Shown in pieces: positions 10,996-23,134 of a DNA stretch of 64,000 nt (position 1 is the first letter of the stretch; each line of letters opens with the position of its first letter). Below the pieces are notes generated by a model. That model was given only the letters and a program-made list of their open reading frames with translations. It ran no database searches and was not told the DNA's origin. Both the position numbers and the translations under genes were made by a program. Origin of the DNA: Macrostomum hystrix (lineage: Eukaryota > Animalia > Platyhelminthes); the NCBI GenBank assembly GCA_950097015.1, contig CATNEN010000028.1, positions 558,001-622,000 of the forward strand, read 5' to 3'.

Positions 10996-13900
10996 TCAAA
11001 GCATCGATTTGGACTTCTCAACGCGAACACTGCGACTCAAAGAGAGCCAGAATATTGAGGCGATGAGAAAGCTGATGGCCGAGGCCCACGATGGTATAAG
11101 CGACCAACCAGCTGTCACAGATCTGTAGGCTGTGCTGCAGAACTACCGATTTCAGATTTGGGATGGATTCATGCAATCTATCCCCCGTCACTGCTATCTA
11201 TCCCATGTCACTGCTATCTATCCCCTGTCACTGCTATCTATCCCCTGTCACTGCTATCTATCCCATGTCACTGCTATCTATCCCCTGTCACTGCTATCTA
11301 TCCCCTGTCACTGCTATCTATCCCATGTCACTGCTATCTATCCCCTGTCACTGCTATCTATCCCCTGTCACTGCTATCTATCCCCTGTCACTGCTATCTA
11401 TCCCATGTCACTGCTATCTATCCCCTGTCACTGCTATCTATCCCTGCCACGGCTATCTATCCCCTGTCACTCTCATCTATCCCCTGTCACTGCTATCTAT
11501 CCCCTGTGACTGCTATCTATCCCTGCCACGGCTATCTATCCCCTGTCACTGCTATCTATCCCCTGTCACTGCTATCTATCCCTGCCACGGCTATCTATCC
11601 CCTGTCACTGCTATCTATCCCCTGTGACTGCTATCTATCCCTGCCACGGCTATCTATCCCTGCCACGGCTATCTATCCCCTGTCACTGCTATCTATCCCC
11701 TGTCACTGCTATCTATCCCCTGTCACTGCTATCTATCCCCTGTCACTGCTATCTATCCCCTGTCACTGCTATCTATCCCCTGTCACTGCTATCTATCCCT
11801 GCCACGGCTATCTATCCCCTGTCACTGCTATCTATCCCCTGTCACTGCTATCTATCCCCTGTCACTGCTATCTATCCCCTGTCACTGCTATCTATCCCCT
11901 GTCACTGCTATCTATCCCCTGTCACTGCTATCTATCCCTGCCACGGCTATCTATCCCTGCCACTGCTATCTATCCCCTGTCACTCTCATCTATCCCCTGT
12001 CACTCAGATCTATCCCCTGTCTCTCAGATCTATCCCCTGTCACTCAGATCTATCCCCTGTCACTCAGATCTATCCCCTGTCACTGCTATCTATCCCTGCC
12101 ACGGCTATCTATCCCTGCCACTGCTATCTATCCCCTGTCACTCTCATCTATCCCCTGTCACTCAGATCTATCCCCTGTCTCTCAGATCTATCCCCTGTCT
12201 CTCAGATCTATCCCCTGTCACTCCCATCTATCCCCTGTCACTCCCATCTATCCCCTGTCACTCCGATTTATCCCTTGTCACTCTCATCAACCCCCAATTA
12301 GTCCTAATCAACCTCTGTTGCTCCTATCCACCCTCTGACGTAGTAGGTCCAATTTTGTATAGAATTTCGCCCTACTCACCTCCTCCGGCGTCTTCACCAG
12401 CGAGTAGCACGAGCACTCGGCGCAGGTCCGGGGCTTTCTAGACATTCGCGAGATTTTCTCGTGCTCAATCGAATTTCCAAATGAAGCGAAAATACCTAAG
12501 TTTTAGGACAGTGATTTAATTTATTTAATGAAGTTCAATTCACACTACTAATAAGTAGCGAAAATAGCATAATAATCAACGCACCTGCTGTTAAATACAG
12601 CACCCCAGTGACTGTAATTGACGGCACGACTCGGGCGCCAACCCCGATGGCGCCAGTTACAATCGAGACGAAAATGCACAGCATTACCACAATGCAGCAG
12701 GATATTGTGTTGTTTTGCATCTCTGCATGCGAAATTTAGAACGATTCGAGTCAGCTTTATACAGTTGCTTATAAAGCCAGGATTTTTTCCAGGGAGGGCG
12801 CCACTACAACGGGGGCGCCACTACCACGGGGGCACCACTAACACGGGTGCCACTAGCACGGGGGCACCACTACCACAGGGGCGCCACTACCACGGGGGCA
12901 CCACTAACACGGGTGCCACTACCACGGGGGGCGCCACTACCACGGGGGCGCCACTAAGTTTCGTCAGCCATTGGAGGGAGGCTGCGGTCTTCTTCGCTAC
13001 CCTTCAGGCTACACCCCGGCTTTTTATTCGCACGGTTCAGTTGAGCTAAGTTTTTGCACTAAGGTGAATTTGAGATCGCCTCACTCATAATCTGAGACTC
13101 CGGCTGACTCCGTTCAGCAGCCGGCTGACCCGGACCGGCTCTGAGGGCGCCGCCGTCGGCGATGTAGCTGAAGCAGGAGGCGTTGCGCATCGGACTGCTG
13201 GCCTGGCAGTGGGCCGAGTAGTGGGCTCGATTCTGCGGGTCTGATACGGTTCGGCAACTCGGCCTAGTAGGCTTTCCCACTGATAGGATGGTGCTTGAGT
13301 AGGCTTTCCCACTGATAGGATGGTGCCTGAGTAGGCTTTACCACTGATAGGATGGTGCTTGAGTAGGCTTTCCCACTGATAGGATGGTGCCTGAGTAGGC
13401 TTTCCCACTGATAGGATGGTGCCTGAGTAGGCTTTCCCACTGATAGGATGGTGCTTGAGTAGGCTTTCCCACTGATAGGATGGTGCCTGAGTAGGCTTTC
13501 CCACTGATAGGATGGTGCTTGAGTAGGCTTTCCCACTGATAGGATGGTGCCTGAGTAGGCTTTCCCACTGATAGGATGGTGCTTGAGTAGGCTTTCCCAC
13601 TGATAGGATGGTGCCTGAGTAGGCTTTCCCACTGATAGGATGGTGCCTGAGTAGGCTTTACCACTGATAGGATGGTGCTTGAGTAGGCTTTCCCACTGAT
13701 AGGATGGTGCTTGAGTAGGCTTTCCCACTGATAGGATGGTGCCTGAGTAGGCTTTACCACTGATAGGATGGTGCCTGAGTAGGCTTTCCCACTGATAGGA
13801 TGGTGCCTGAGTAGGCTTTACCACTGATAGGATGGTGCTTATAGATTTGTAGGTAAAGTGAGAAGGTTTCCCATAGGTTTGAAGGTAAAGTGAGTAGGTT

Positions 13901-15338
13901 TCCCATAGGTTTGAAGGTAAAGTAAGAAGGTTTCCCATAGGTTTGAAGGTAAAGTGAGTAGGTTTCCCATAGGTTTGAAGGTAAAGTAAGAAGGTTTCCC
14001 ATAGATTTGAAGGTAAAGTGAGTAGGTTTCCCATAGCTTTGTAGGTAATGTGAGTAGGTTTCCCATAGATTAGCTAGCTCAAGGAAATTTCGTTCAGAAC
14101 AAAGCGAATAATTATGTCCTAAGTGCAACGATACTGGTTCTCTAACGTTCAGAATTCATTAATTTAATTTATACCTTAGATGAAATTCATGCTTAATAAA
14201 ATTGCAATTACTTAGCGTGTCTATTGTGAATTGCATCCTTGTTAGCGTCAAGGATCTTCATGACAAAAAAACGTGAAGATTTCAAGCGCATTTCATGCTG
14301 AGACAAATTTTTATGCTGAAAACAACAAGCTCTGACAGAACAGAAACGCATAGAACAGGCAGGCAGTGGAGGAAGAGATATCGCGCAATTTACGCTCTTG
14401 AGAACCAGCCTCCTAGGCACAGTGAGAGTGTACAACTGACTATGTGAGTGTGTGCTCAGATACCTCGCTGGCCCCCTCGAAGGACACATGGAACTGCAGG
14501 AAGGACACATGGAACTGCAGGAAGGTCACATGGAACTGCAGGAAGGACACATGGAACTGCAGGAAGGACACATGGAACTGCAGGAAGGACACATGGAACT
14601 GCAGGAAGGACACATGGAACTGCAGGAAGGACACATGGAACTGCAGGAAGGACACATGGAACTGCAGGAAGGACACATGGAACTGCAGGAAGGACACATG
14701 GAACTGCAGGAAGGACACATGGAACTGCAGGAAGGACACATGGAACTGCAGGAAGGACACATGGAACTGCAGGAAGGACACATGGAACTGCAGGAAGGAC
14801 ACATGGAACTGCAGGAAGGACACATGGAACTGCAGGAAGGACACATGGAACTGCAGGAAGGACACATGGAACTGCAGGAAGGACACATGGAACTGCAGGA
14901 AGGACACATGGAACTGCAGGACACGCAAAGTGAGTCCAAGAACGTAGACTCACTGGCGGGGTCCATCAGGTTGCACACAGTCCAGAGTCCGCCGCGCATG
15001 TTCAGTAGGCAGGCAGTCTTCAGTGATCGATTACCAACGGTGGCGGGCAGCAGGATGAGTCCCGCCTTGTCGCCAGACGGTGTCAGAAGGCTGAGCGTCT
15101 CCCTAGAGCTGGTGTTTACGGCGGCAAAGTCGAACGTGACACTGTCCCAAGCGCCCGTCGTGACAGCGGCCAGGAACAGCGCGGCGCTGACGCAGCTGCA
15201 TGCAGCCGCGGCCATGGCGAGGGCTCCGCTGCTGCTCGCGCCGCTGGCGCGCTGACGCCGTCGACTTTGACCTCCCCTGGCTGATGAAGCGGCTGCCACC
15301 GCAGTCGCCGTTGTCGTTGTGGTCGTTGTAGTCGCCAT
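10996..15338 (-). CDS. Claudin/PMP22/EMP-superfamily tetraspan membrane protein, 5 exons
   Basis: Exons 15338-14954 (TM1, W, GGLWTVC motif; donor GTGAGT), 13279 or 13240 to 13085 (CFSY), 12722-12585 (TM2-TM3), 12495-12380, and 11142-10996 (AGWSLIPSW TM4, stop). Phases are consistent (1,1,1,0). The exon 2 and exon 5 acceptors are less certain. Confidence 0.8.
11172..12295. repeat. 20-bp minisatellite (TATCTATCCCCTGTCACTGC) in the last claudin-like intron
   Basis: Direct periodicity, with 19-bp and CAGATCT variants. Confidence 0.95.
12776..13025. repeat. GGGGCGCCACTACCAC-type short array in a MITE-like remnant
   Basis: Repeats at about 12795-12960, bounded by GCCAGGATTTTTT and GGCTACACCCCGGC. 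Confidence 0.5.
13265..14070. repeat. Two abutting 32-bp minisatellite variants in claudin-like intron 1
   Basis: GAGTAGGCTTTCCCACTGATAGGATGGTGCCT to about 13840, then GGTAAAGTGAGTAGGTTTCCCATAGGTTTGAA. Confidence 0.95.
14480..14924. repeat. Near-perfect 21-bp minisatellite (GGACACATGGAACTGCAGGAA), about 21 copies
   Basis: One variant unit seen, at about 14524. Confidence 0.97.
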
Positions 15339-17109
15339 GCGGCCTCCCCCACTCCTGACGCTGACAAGACTGCTGCTGACGATGCTGTCGCTGCGACTGA
15401 TGGCGACTAACGGGACAGCGAGGGCGACTGCGGCTGCTGGTTGAGTTTGGCAAAATATTTTTGGATTATGGATGAAGATGGAATATCGCAATCATACGGA
15501 AGATATAAGGGCACTGATGGAAGCAAACCTTTGTGTTGGGCTGCTGCTGCTGCTATTGCTGCTGCCGCTGCTGGTGCTGCTGCTGCTGTCGCTCCTGCGA
15601 CTGAAGCCACTCTCTCTTGCCCGTCCGATCTCAATAAAACTGCTTGACGCCTCATGAATAATTTAGAAGGCTTGAGAATGGCGGGCAAAGCTGCTCTTTC
15701 CCTCCGAGCTCTCTGCTTTCTGGCCTCCTGCCCGAGCCTTCTCCTTATCAGGACAGCGGTCCTTCCAATAGTTCAACTTCTGGCCTGGTCGCTGCAGCAA
15801 TGGCAGCCAGAAATCTGCGAGCTCTGGCCGGAAGGAAGCCGGCGTTTTGATCTGTCGGGTAGGTCGATGGCGGAGTGGGAGGCTGCGGAGGGCCGCGGTT
15901 GGTTGACGCTTCTTGGGGGTTGGTTGGCATCGGGGGTAAGAATTGGGTGCATTTCTGTGCACGACCACAGTCGATGGGAACTGAACTCAATGACTTCTCT
16001 GTGGAACACTTTTATTCCTAAGTCCTCTTTCTTCCCGCCTCTTTTGTCCCATCTGTCCGGGCTGCCAATCGGCTATCAAACTATTTCACTCTGATCCCGT
16101 GTTTAAGAAGAGCTCTGCGGTCACCCGCTAGCCTATGCTCAGTATGGCCTCTAGTCCAGCGTTTGAGTCCAGTTTGAGTAGTCAATTGGAAACTAGGAAT
16201 GTCTGTCTAACTTCGATAAATGCAATGATCAACCGATCCGTTAGTTGTTTCCTAGTCCCAAAAGGATAGAAGCCATTAAAAATTAAGTTTTAGGCAAACT
16301 CCAGACAGCCTTCGACCAGAAGAAGTGAAGTGCGGAGTGCGGACTTATCAGACAGCTCAAATTATGTGTGTCAGGCCCGCTTCGTGTTTATACCGGTTCA
16401 ATTTTGCCATCACCGATGGCTTCTGGAAAAAAAAGCTCGGACATGTCTTTCTCTGGCCGGTCATTAAACATTAAAATTCCCTCGGGACTCGGCCCCAGCG
16501 CCGACGAGGGCAGCTCGCTAGTAACTGGTATCGACTTTTTTTTCTGCTCGACAAAATTCTACTCCGCGAACAGGCTTAATTGCCTGGCTCATTGTTTGCA
16601 GTAAGCGGAGTCGCTCTATCATTTTATCGGATGAGGTCGCGCAAACTGCAGCTCTGCCAGTTCCGCTCGAGTCGGCGGCTTGAAAGTACTTCATTTCGCA
16701 TTCAAATTATGCCGAGATTTAGTAGAAGTGTGATCATACGATATGGATAATATTTACATAACCCAGCTATTTATACAATATAAGGCTAAATAGTTCTCAA
16801 ATTTGAGAATCCTGCCAAAACCTTAGTTCCATGCCATAGGAGGATTTGAATAAATCGGGAATAACTAACTATTGCACACTCTAGCCGCCTGTTGTTATTT
16901 TATTTTAGGATCGCATTCTTTTTAAAGTACAACAGCAAAAAAATTATCCTCCTATTTTCAGCGTAATTTTTTACATATAAACTTCTGCGCTTTCTACGTC
17001 GTACTTATAGTAGAGTTCTTTGGTTGTGGAAGTCAAATTCAAACGAAAAATAGGTAATCGATGAGTAATGCCACTATTGTAAAGCATTGTATTGTAAAGT
17101 AAATTAAGT

Positions 17110-18932
17110 GGGGAGAGAAATGCAGGGAGCAGACAGAGTTGAAGGGAGAAATGCAGGGAGCAGACAGAGTTTGAGGGAGAAATGCAAGGAGCAGACAGAG
17201 TTGAAGGCAGAAATGCAGGGAGCAGACAGAGTTGAAGGAAGAAATGCAGGGAGCAGAAGGAGTTGAAGGAAGAAATGCAGGGAGCAGAAGGAGTTGAAGG
17301 AAGAAATGCAGGGAGCAGAAGGAGTTGAAGGGAGAAATGCAGGGAGCAGACAGAGTTGAAGGAAGAAATGCAGGGAGCAGACAGAGTTGAAGGAAGAAAT
17401 GCAGGGAGCAGAAAGAGTTGAAGGGAGAAATGCAGAGAGCAGAAAGAGTTGGAGGGAGAAATGCAGGGAGCAGAAAGAGTTGGAGGGAGAAATGCAGGGA
17501 GCAGAAAGAGTTGGAGGGAGAAATGCAGGGAGCAGAAAGAGTTGGAGGAAGAAATGCAGGGAGCAGAAAGAGTTGGAGGAAGAAATGCAGGGAGTAGAAA
17601 GAGTTGGAGGAAGAAATGCAGGGAGCAGAAAGAGTTGGAGGAAGAAATGCTGGGAGCAGAAAGAGTTGGAGGAAGAAATGCAGGGAGCAGAAAGTGTTGG
17701 AGGAAGAAATGCAGGGAGCAGAAAGAGTTGGAGGAAGAAATGCAGGGAGCAGAAAGAGTTGGAGGAAGAAATGCAGGGAGCAGAAAGAGTTGGAGGAAGA
17801 AATGCAGGGAGCAGAAAGAGTTGAAGGAAGAAATGCAGGGAGCAGAAAGAGTTGAAGGAAGAAATGCAGGGAGCAGAAAGAGTTGGAGGAAGAAATGCAG
17901 GGAGCAGAAAGAGTTGGAGGAAGAAATGCAGGGAGCAGAAAGAGTTGGAGGGAGAAATGCAGGGAGCAGAAAGAGTTGGAGGCAGAAATGCAGGGAGCAG
18001 AAAGAGTTGGAGGGAGAAATGCAGGGAGCAGAAAGAGTTGGAGGAAGAAATGCAGGGAGCAGAAAGAGTTGAAGGAAGAAATGCAGGGAGCAGAAAGAGT
18101 TGAAGGAAGAAATGCAGGGAGCAGAAAGAGTTGGAGGAAGAAATGCAGGGAGCAGAAAGAGTTGGAGGAAGAAATGCAGGGAGCAGAAAGAGTTGGAGGG
18201 AGAAATGCAGGGAGCAGAAAGAGTTGGAGGCAGAAATGCAGGGAGCAGAAAGATTTGGAGGGAGAAATGCAGGGAGCAGAAAGAGTTGGAGGAAGAAATG
18301 CTGGGAGCAGAAAGAGTTGGAGGAAGAAATGCAGGGAGCAGAAAGAGTTGGAGGAAGAAATGCAGGGAGCAGAAAGAGTTGGAGGGAGAAATGCAGGGAG
18401 CAGAAAGAGTTGGAGGCAGAAATGCAGGGAGCAGACAGAGTTGAAGGCAGAAATGCAGGGAGCAGACAGAGTTGAAGGAAGAAATGCAGGGAGCAGACAG
18501 AGTTGAAGGAAGAAATGCAGGGAGCAGAAAGAGTTGAAGGGAGAAATGCAGGGAGCAGAAAGAGTTGGAGGGAGAAATGCAGGGAGCAGAAAGAGTTGGA
18601 GGGAGAAATGCAGGGAGCAGAAAGAGTTGAAGGAAGAAATGCAGGGAGCAGAAAGAGTTGGAGGAAGAAATGCAGGGAGCAGACAGAGTTGAAGGAAGAA
18701 ATGCAGGGAGCAGAAAGAGTTGAAGGGAGAAATGCAGGGAGCAGAAAGAGTTGAAGGGAGAAATGCAGGGAGCAGAAAGAGTTGAAGGGAGAAATGCAGG
18801 GAGCAGAAAGAGTTGGAGGGAGAAATGCAGGGAGCAGAAAGAGTTGGAGGGAGAAATGCAGGGAGCAGAAAGAGTTGAAGGAAGAAATGCAGGGAGCAGA
18901 AAGAGTTGGAGGAAGAAATGCAGGGAGCAGAA
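17110..18932. repeat. 31-bp minisatellite (GAAATGCAGGGAGCAGAAAGAGTTGGAGGAA)
   Basis: About 1.8 kb of direct periodicity. Confidence 0.97.
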
Positions 18933-19772
18933 GGGCCTCTAGCAAATATTTCATGCTTGAGAAATGACTCACTTGGCATCCCCAGCCAAAATGACTGGAT
19001 TCAAGTGCTGGTGGGGAGGAGGAGAGGAGAGGCCGCCAAGGCTGAAATAAGAAATTCGAGTGCTCGGGCCTCCCTTGAAACTCAGGACTGAACGAACCCA
19101 TATTCCCTCCTTAGTTGGATGCCTGAATTCTCGCTCCGTCTCTCTCGCCCTCTCGCCCTCTCGCCGTCCTAGTCTCAGCTCTATAGGCTCGCAGCCTCTC
19201 GTTGTGTCGCTTGAAGAGCAAAGTCTCAGTTTCCTCTCGTCTATTTGAATAGCTTGGCGAGCTGCTTTGCGAAACCCTAGGCAAACAGAATTTGCAGCGA
19301 TGAGAGACGAAAAATCACTTTTTTTCTGCCCCAATTCATTTTGAGTTGAAAGTTATCGCGTTTTACCTAATCATTTTTAGCCATTTTAGTCCTCCTGGTG
19401 CACTTTTGACGTCATAGTCGGGAAAATGCATTATTTTTAAGAAGGATATTTTCCACAGCTTTGCTCCTCCTTTGTAGAAGGCCCATAGATTCTGTTCGTT
19501 TCTCTTCCCATTTTAGTGCCGCAATTATCCCCGCTTTTATCCCATCCGTTGTGCACTTTCGCTACTATTCTCAACTCTTAAATATCCCCTGTACCATCCT
19601 GAAAATCTCCAACACATTATCTGATCTTGCCTTATCTGCTGCTACCTCCCATCGTCTTCCTTTATTCCAAACATTTCCCGTCTTCTCTTCCATCCTTTTC
19701 CACTCACGCTGTCGCTATAATCTCTTTTGTCTCTCTCTGTCTGCCTCTCTCCTCTGACCGTACGTGTACCAT

Positions 19773-20402
19773 TTTCCTCTCACCCTGTCCCATCCACTCT
19801 CCTCTCACCCTGTCCCATTCACTCTCCTCTCACCCTGTCCCATTCACTCTCATCTCAACCTGTGCCATCCCTCTCTCCTCTCACCCTGTCCCATCCACTC
19901 TCCTCTCACCCTGTCCCATTCACTCTCCTCTCACCCTGTCCCATTCACTCTCATCTCAACCTGTGCCATCCCTCTCTCCTCTCACCCTGTCCCATCCACT
20001 CTCCTCTCACCCTGTCCCATTCACTCTCATCTCAACCTGTGCCATCCCTCTCTCCTCTCACCCTGTCCCATCCCCTCTCCTCTCACCCTGTCCCCTCCCC
20101 CACTATTCTCACCCTGTCTCCTCCCTCTCTCCTCTCACCCTGTCCCATCCCTCTCTCCTCTCACCCTGTCCCCTCCCTCTCTCCTCTCACTCTGTCCCAT
20201 CCCTCTCTCCTCTCAGCCTGTCCCCTCCCTCTCTCCCTTCACCCTGTCCCATATCCTCTCCTCTCACCCTGTACCCTCCCTCTCTTCTCTCACCCTATCC
20301 CCTCCCCCACTATTCTCACCCTGTCCCCTCCCCCTCTCCTCTCACCCTGTCCCCTCCCCCTCTCCTCTCACCTTGTCACATCCCTTCTCCTCTCACCCTG
20401 TC
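19773..20402 (+). repeat. CT-rich satellite (CTCACCCTGTCCC core), left arm
   Basis: The core is the reverse complement of the array at 20735-22217. Confidence 0.9.
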
Positions 20403-20734
20403 GGCCTGTCCCCTAAGGCATTCTTTCTAGACATCCATCACCTCTCTTTAGAACGCAAAATGACACAGAAAGCTAGTGCACTTAAAGCAGCTTGAACCAT
20501 AAATCATTTCAGCAGCCAAAAAACGTTTTATGATTTAGATATTTACAACCTCCTTACCAGAATAGCCCGCTTATCATTCATCATGGCTAACATTGGCGAA
20601 AAATTACAATTCCTAATTTTCAAACACGGCTGAATATAAATTACAATGACCTGGTTGTCCGCAGACACATTCACCAGCTTGCAGGCGCCCAACTTAAAAT
20701 GTGGAAATTAAAATGCAAAAGGAGAGGGGATGGG

Positions 20735-22217
20735 ACTGGGTGAGAGCCGAGGAGGAGGGGACAAAGTGAGAGCAGAGGAGGAGGGGACAAAGTGAGAGCA
20801 GAGGAGGAGGGGACAGGGTGAGAGCCGAGGAGGAGGGGACAGGGTGAGAATAGTGGGGGGAGGGGACAGGGTGAGAGCCGAGGAGGAGGGGACAGGGTGA
20901 GAATAGTGGGGGAGGGGACAGGGTGAGAATAGTGGGGGAAGGGGACAGGGTGAGAGCAGAGGAGGAGGGGACAGGGTGAGAATAGTGGGCGAGGGGGCAG
21001 GGTGAGAATAGTGGGGGGAGGGGGCTGGGTGAGAATAGTGGGGGAGGGGACAGGGTGAGAGCCGAGGAGGAGGGGACAGGGTGAGAATAGTGGGGGAGGG
21101 GACAGGGTGAGAATAGTGGGGGGAGGGGGCTTGACTTAGCTGCAGGGTGGTCCATGGACGCAGCGGGGAGGCGAGGGTCGCCCATACCGCTAACCCCTGT
21201 AGGCCCGCAGACAGGCAAGGGCGCGGGGCCGGTCAGGGTGGTCCGCCGGTCCGTCCTGCAGCGTTGTCTTCCGTGGGGAAGAAAGTGGCTCGTCTTGTTG
21301 CACGAAGGAACTGGACGAGCCGTGGAATGCTGTCGGGCTGGCAGATCTCGTCCATGGACGGGTTGGGCCCGAGGTAGCGAAGCCGGTCTCTGTTAAAGAA
21401 AGGGCAGTGACACACAAAGTGCTCAGCATCTTCGGTGTCATACTCACAGAATGGGCAGAGTTCACTCTCAAGGTCACCCCGGAGGAAACAGTGCCTAGCG
21501 AGGTAGCCGTGGCCCGTGAGGGTCATGGCGAGGGCGCGGATATCCTTCCGGTTTTGGTTCAAAAGGATGCTCCTGAGCCTGCGAGACGGGCGCGGAACTG
21601 CGGCACGGGATTGCCGACAGTTCTGGGTGCCCGCCCAGGGGGGAGGGGGCAGGGTGAGAATAGTGGGGGGAGGGGGCAGGGTGAGAATAGTGGAGGGAGG
21701 GGACAGGGTGAGAGCCGAGGAGGAGGGGACAGGGTGAGAATAGTGGGGGAGGGGACAGGGTGAGAATAGTGGGGGAGGGGGCAGGGTGAGAATAGTGGAG
21801 GGAGGGGACAGGGTGAGAATAGTGGGGGGGAGGGGACAGGGTGAGAGCCGAGGAGGAGGGGACAGGGTGAGAATAGTGGAGGGGAGGGGACAGGGTGAGA
21901 GCCGAGGAGGAGGGGACAGGGTGAGAATAGTGGGGGGGACAGGGTGAGAATAGTGGGGGAGGGGGCAGGGTGAGAATAGTGGAGGGAGGGGACAGGGTGA
22001 GAATAGTGGGGGGGAGGGGACAGGGTGAGAGCCGAGGAGGAGGGGACAGGGTGAGAATAGTGGGGGGGAGGGGACAGGGTGAGAGCCGAGGAGGAGGGGA
22101 CAGGGTGAGAATAGTGGGGGGGGAGGGGACAGGGTGAGAATAGTGGGGGAGGGGACAGGGTGAGAATAGTGGGGGAGGGGACAGGGTGAGAATAGTGGGG
22201 GAGGGGACAGGGTGAGA
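20735..22217 (-). repeat. GA-rich satellite (GGGACAGGGTGAGAATAGTGGG), right arm, interrupted by the LINE fragment
   Basis: Variable 22-27-bp units on both sides of 21131-21637. Confidence 0.9.
21131..21637 (-). mobile_element. 5'-truncated non-LTR retrotransposon 3' end (I-group, LOA/R1-like ORF2 CCHC finger)
   Basis: Translation CRQSR..LTGHGYLARH..CPFCEYDTEDAEHFVCHCP..LVQFLRAT followed by a 3' UTR. Flanked by the 13-bp direct repeat GGGGGGAGGGGGC at 21118-21130 and 21638-21650. Confidence 0.85.
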
Positions 22218-23134
22218 TTGGGCTTGGTAAGAAGGGGAAGACGGAGCGTAGAACAGAAAAAGGACAGTGAAAAAACGGACCGCTGATGAAGTTGATCAGC
22301 CGCGGGACCCAGGCTCTCATCCTCACCCGTCTACTGCGAATTCTCACTTAGATCCCCTGGGAGAGATTTTCATGCAGAGATAATCCTCCGAAATTGACTC
22401 TAAACTGGGCATAATTCCCAGAGACGCTGAGAAGTGAAGCCTCCATAACTCGCGAAGAGAACCGGCATCCCCCATCATCGCCTTCATCAAATTGGGAGCT
22501 CGCGGCGCAGCCGAACAGACAGGAAGAAAATGGGCTCCAAGAATTTCATTTCGACTTGGCAGAGATTCAGCCAAAACTATTGCATCTCATGCAGCTGTGC
22601 CGTTGGAAAGGAAAAATAAGGATTCTGGAAGTGCGACACAAGGGAGGTGGGGTTGAACTGGGAGAAAGATGAGACACGACTCACTCGCGCTACTGCCTTG
22701 AGCTGCCACTGCACCCCCTCCGCCAGCTACCCCGGGCCCTCCGCTGCTCTAATCTTTGTATATTTTAGGCGAGCACCGACTGTATACCCCCGCTCACCAA
22801 TGGGATGTCTGCCCCTCTGCTTCCTGCATTCCCGTTCTGCCCACCCAACCGGCGGGATCCCCTTAACCCCCTCCTCGGTAGCCGTCTCCGTCACGTCCTA
22901 TCCACGAAGTCGGTGACTGCTCGCCCATCCCGGGTATTAATAAAATGCGGGGCAGAAGGTCTAGGCGGCATCAGTGTCGTAAGCTGACTTTTTAGGATTT
23001 TTTGACAGCAGAAACGGCAAACAAAGAAATGGTGAGTGGACGTACAGGTGTGTTTGTTTTTAGCACAGATACTGTAACCCGAGATACTATACTATACTAT
23101 ATCTATTATAAAGTGATTTATTATCTGTGCTTTT

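Noticed and set aside
11132-14128. Repetitive ORFs (LSIPCHCY, KPTQAPSYQW)
   Set aside because: Intronic 20-bp and 32-bp satellites.
14440-14953. ORFs in all six frames, including a Cys-rich read-through of claudin-like exon 1
   Set aside because: A 21-bp unit that happens to lack stop codons; a strong GTGAGT donor at 14953 precedes it.
15400-16100. Ala-rich and other short ORFs upstream of the claudin-like start
   Set aside because: Low-complexity GC-rich sequence, probably 5' UTR or promoter; no motif and no consistent splice model.
17039-19101. 646-aa and 665-aa ORFs and the EEEMQGAER repeats
   Set aside because: Products of the 31-bp minisatellite with no unique coding sequence.
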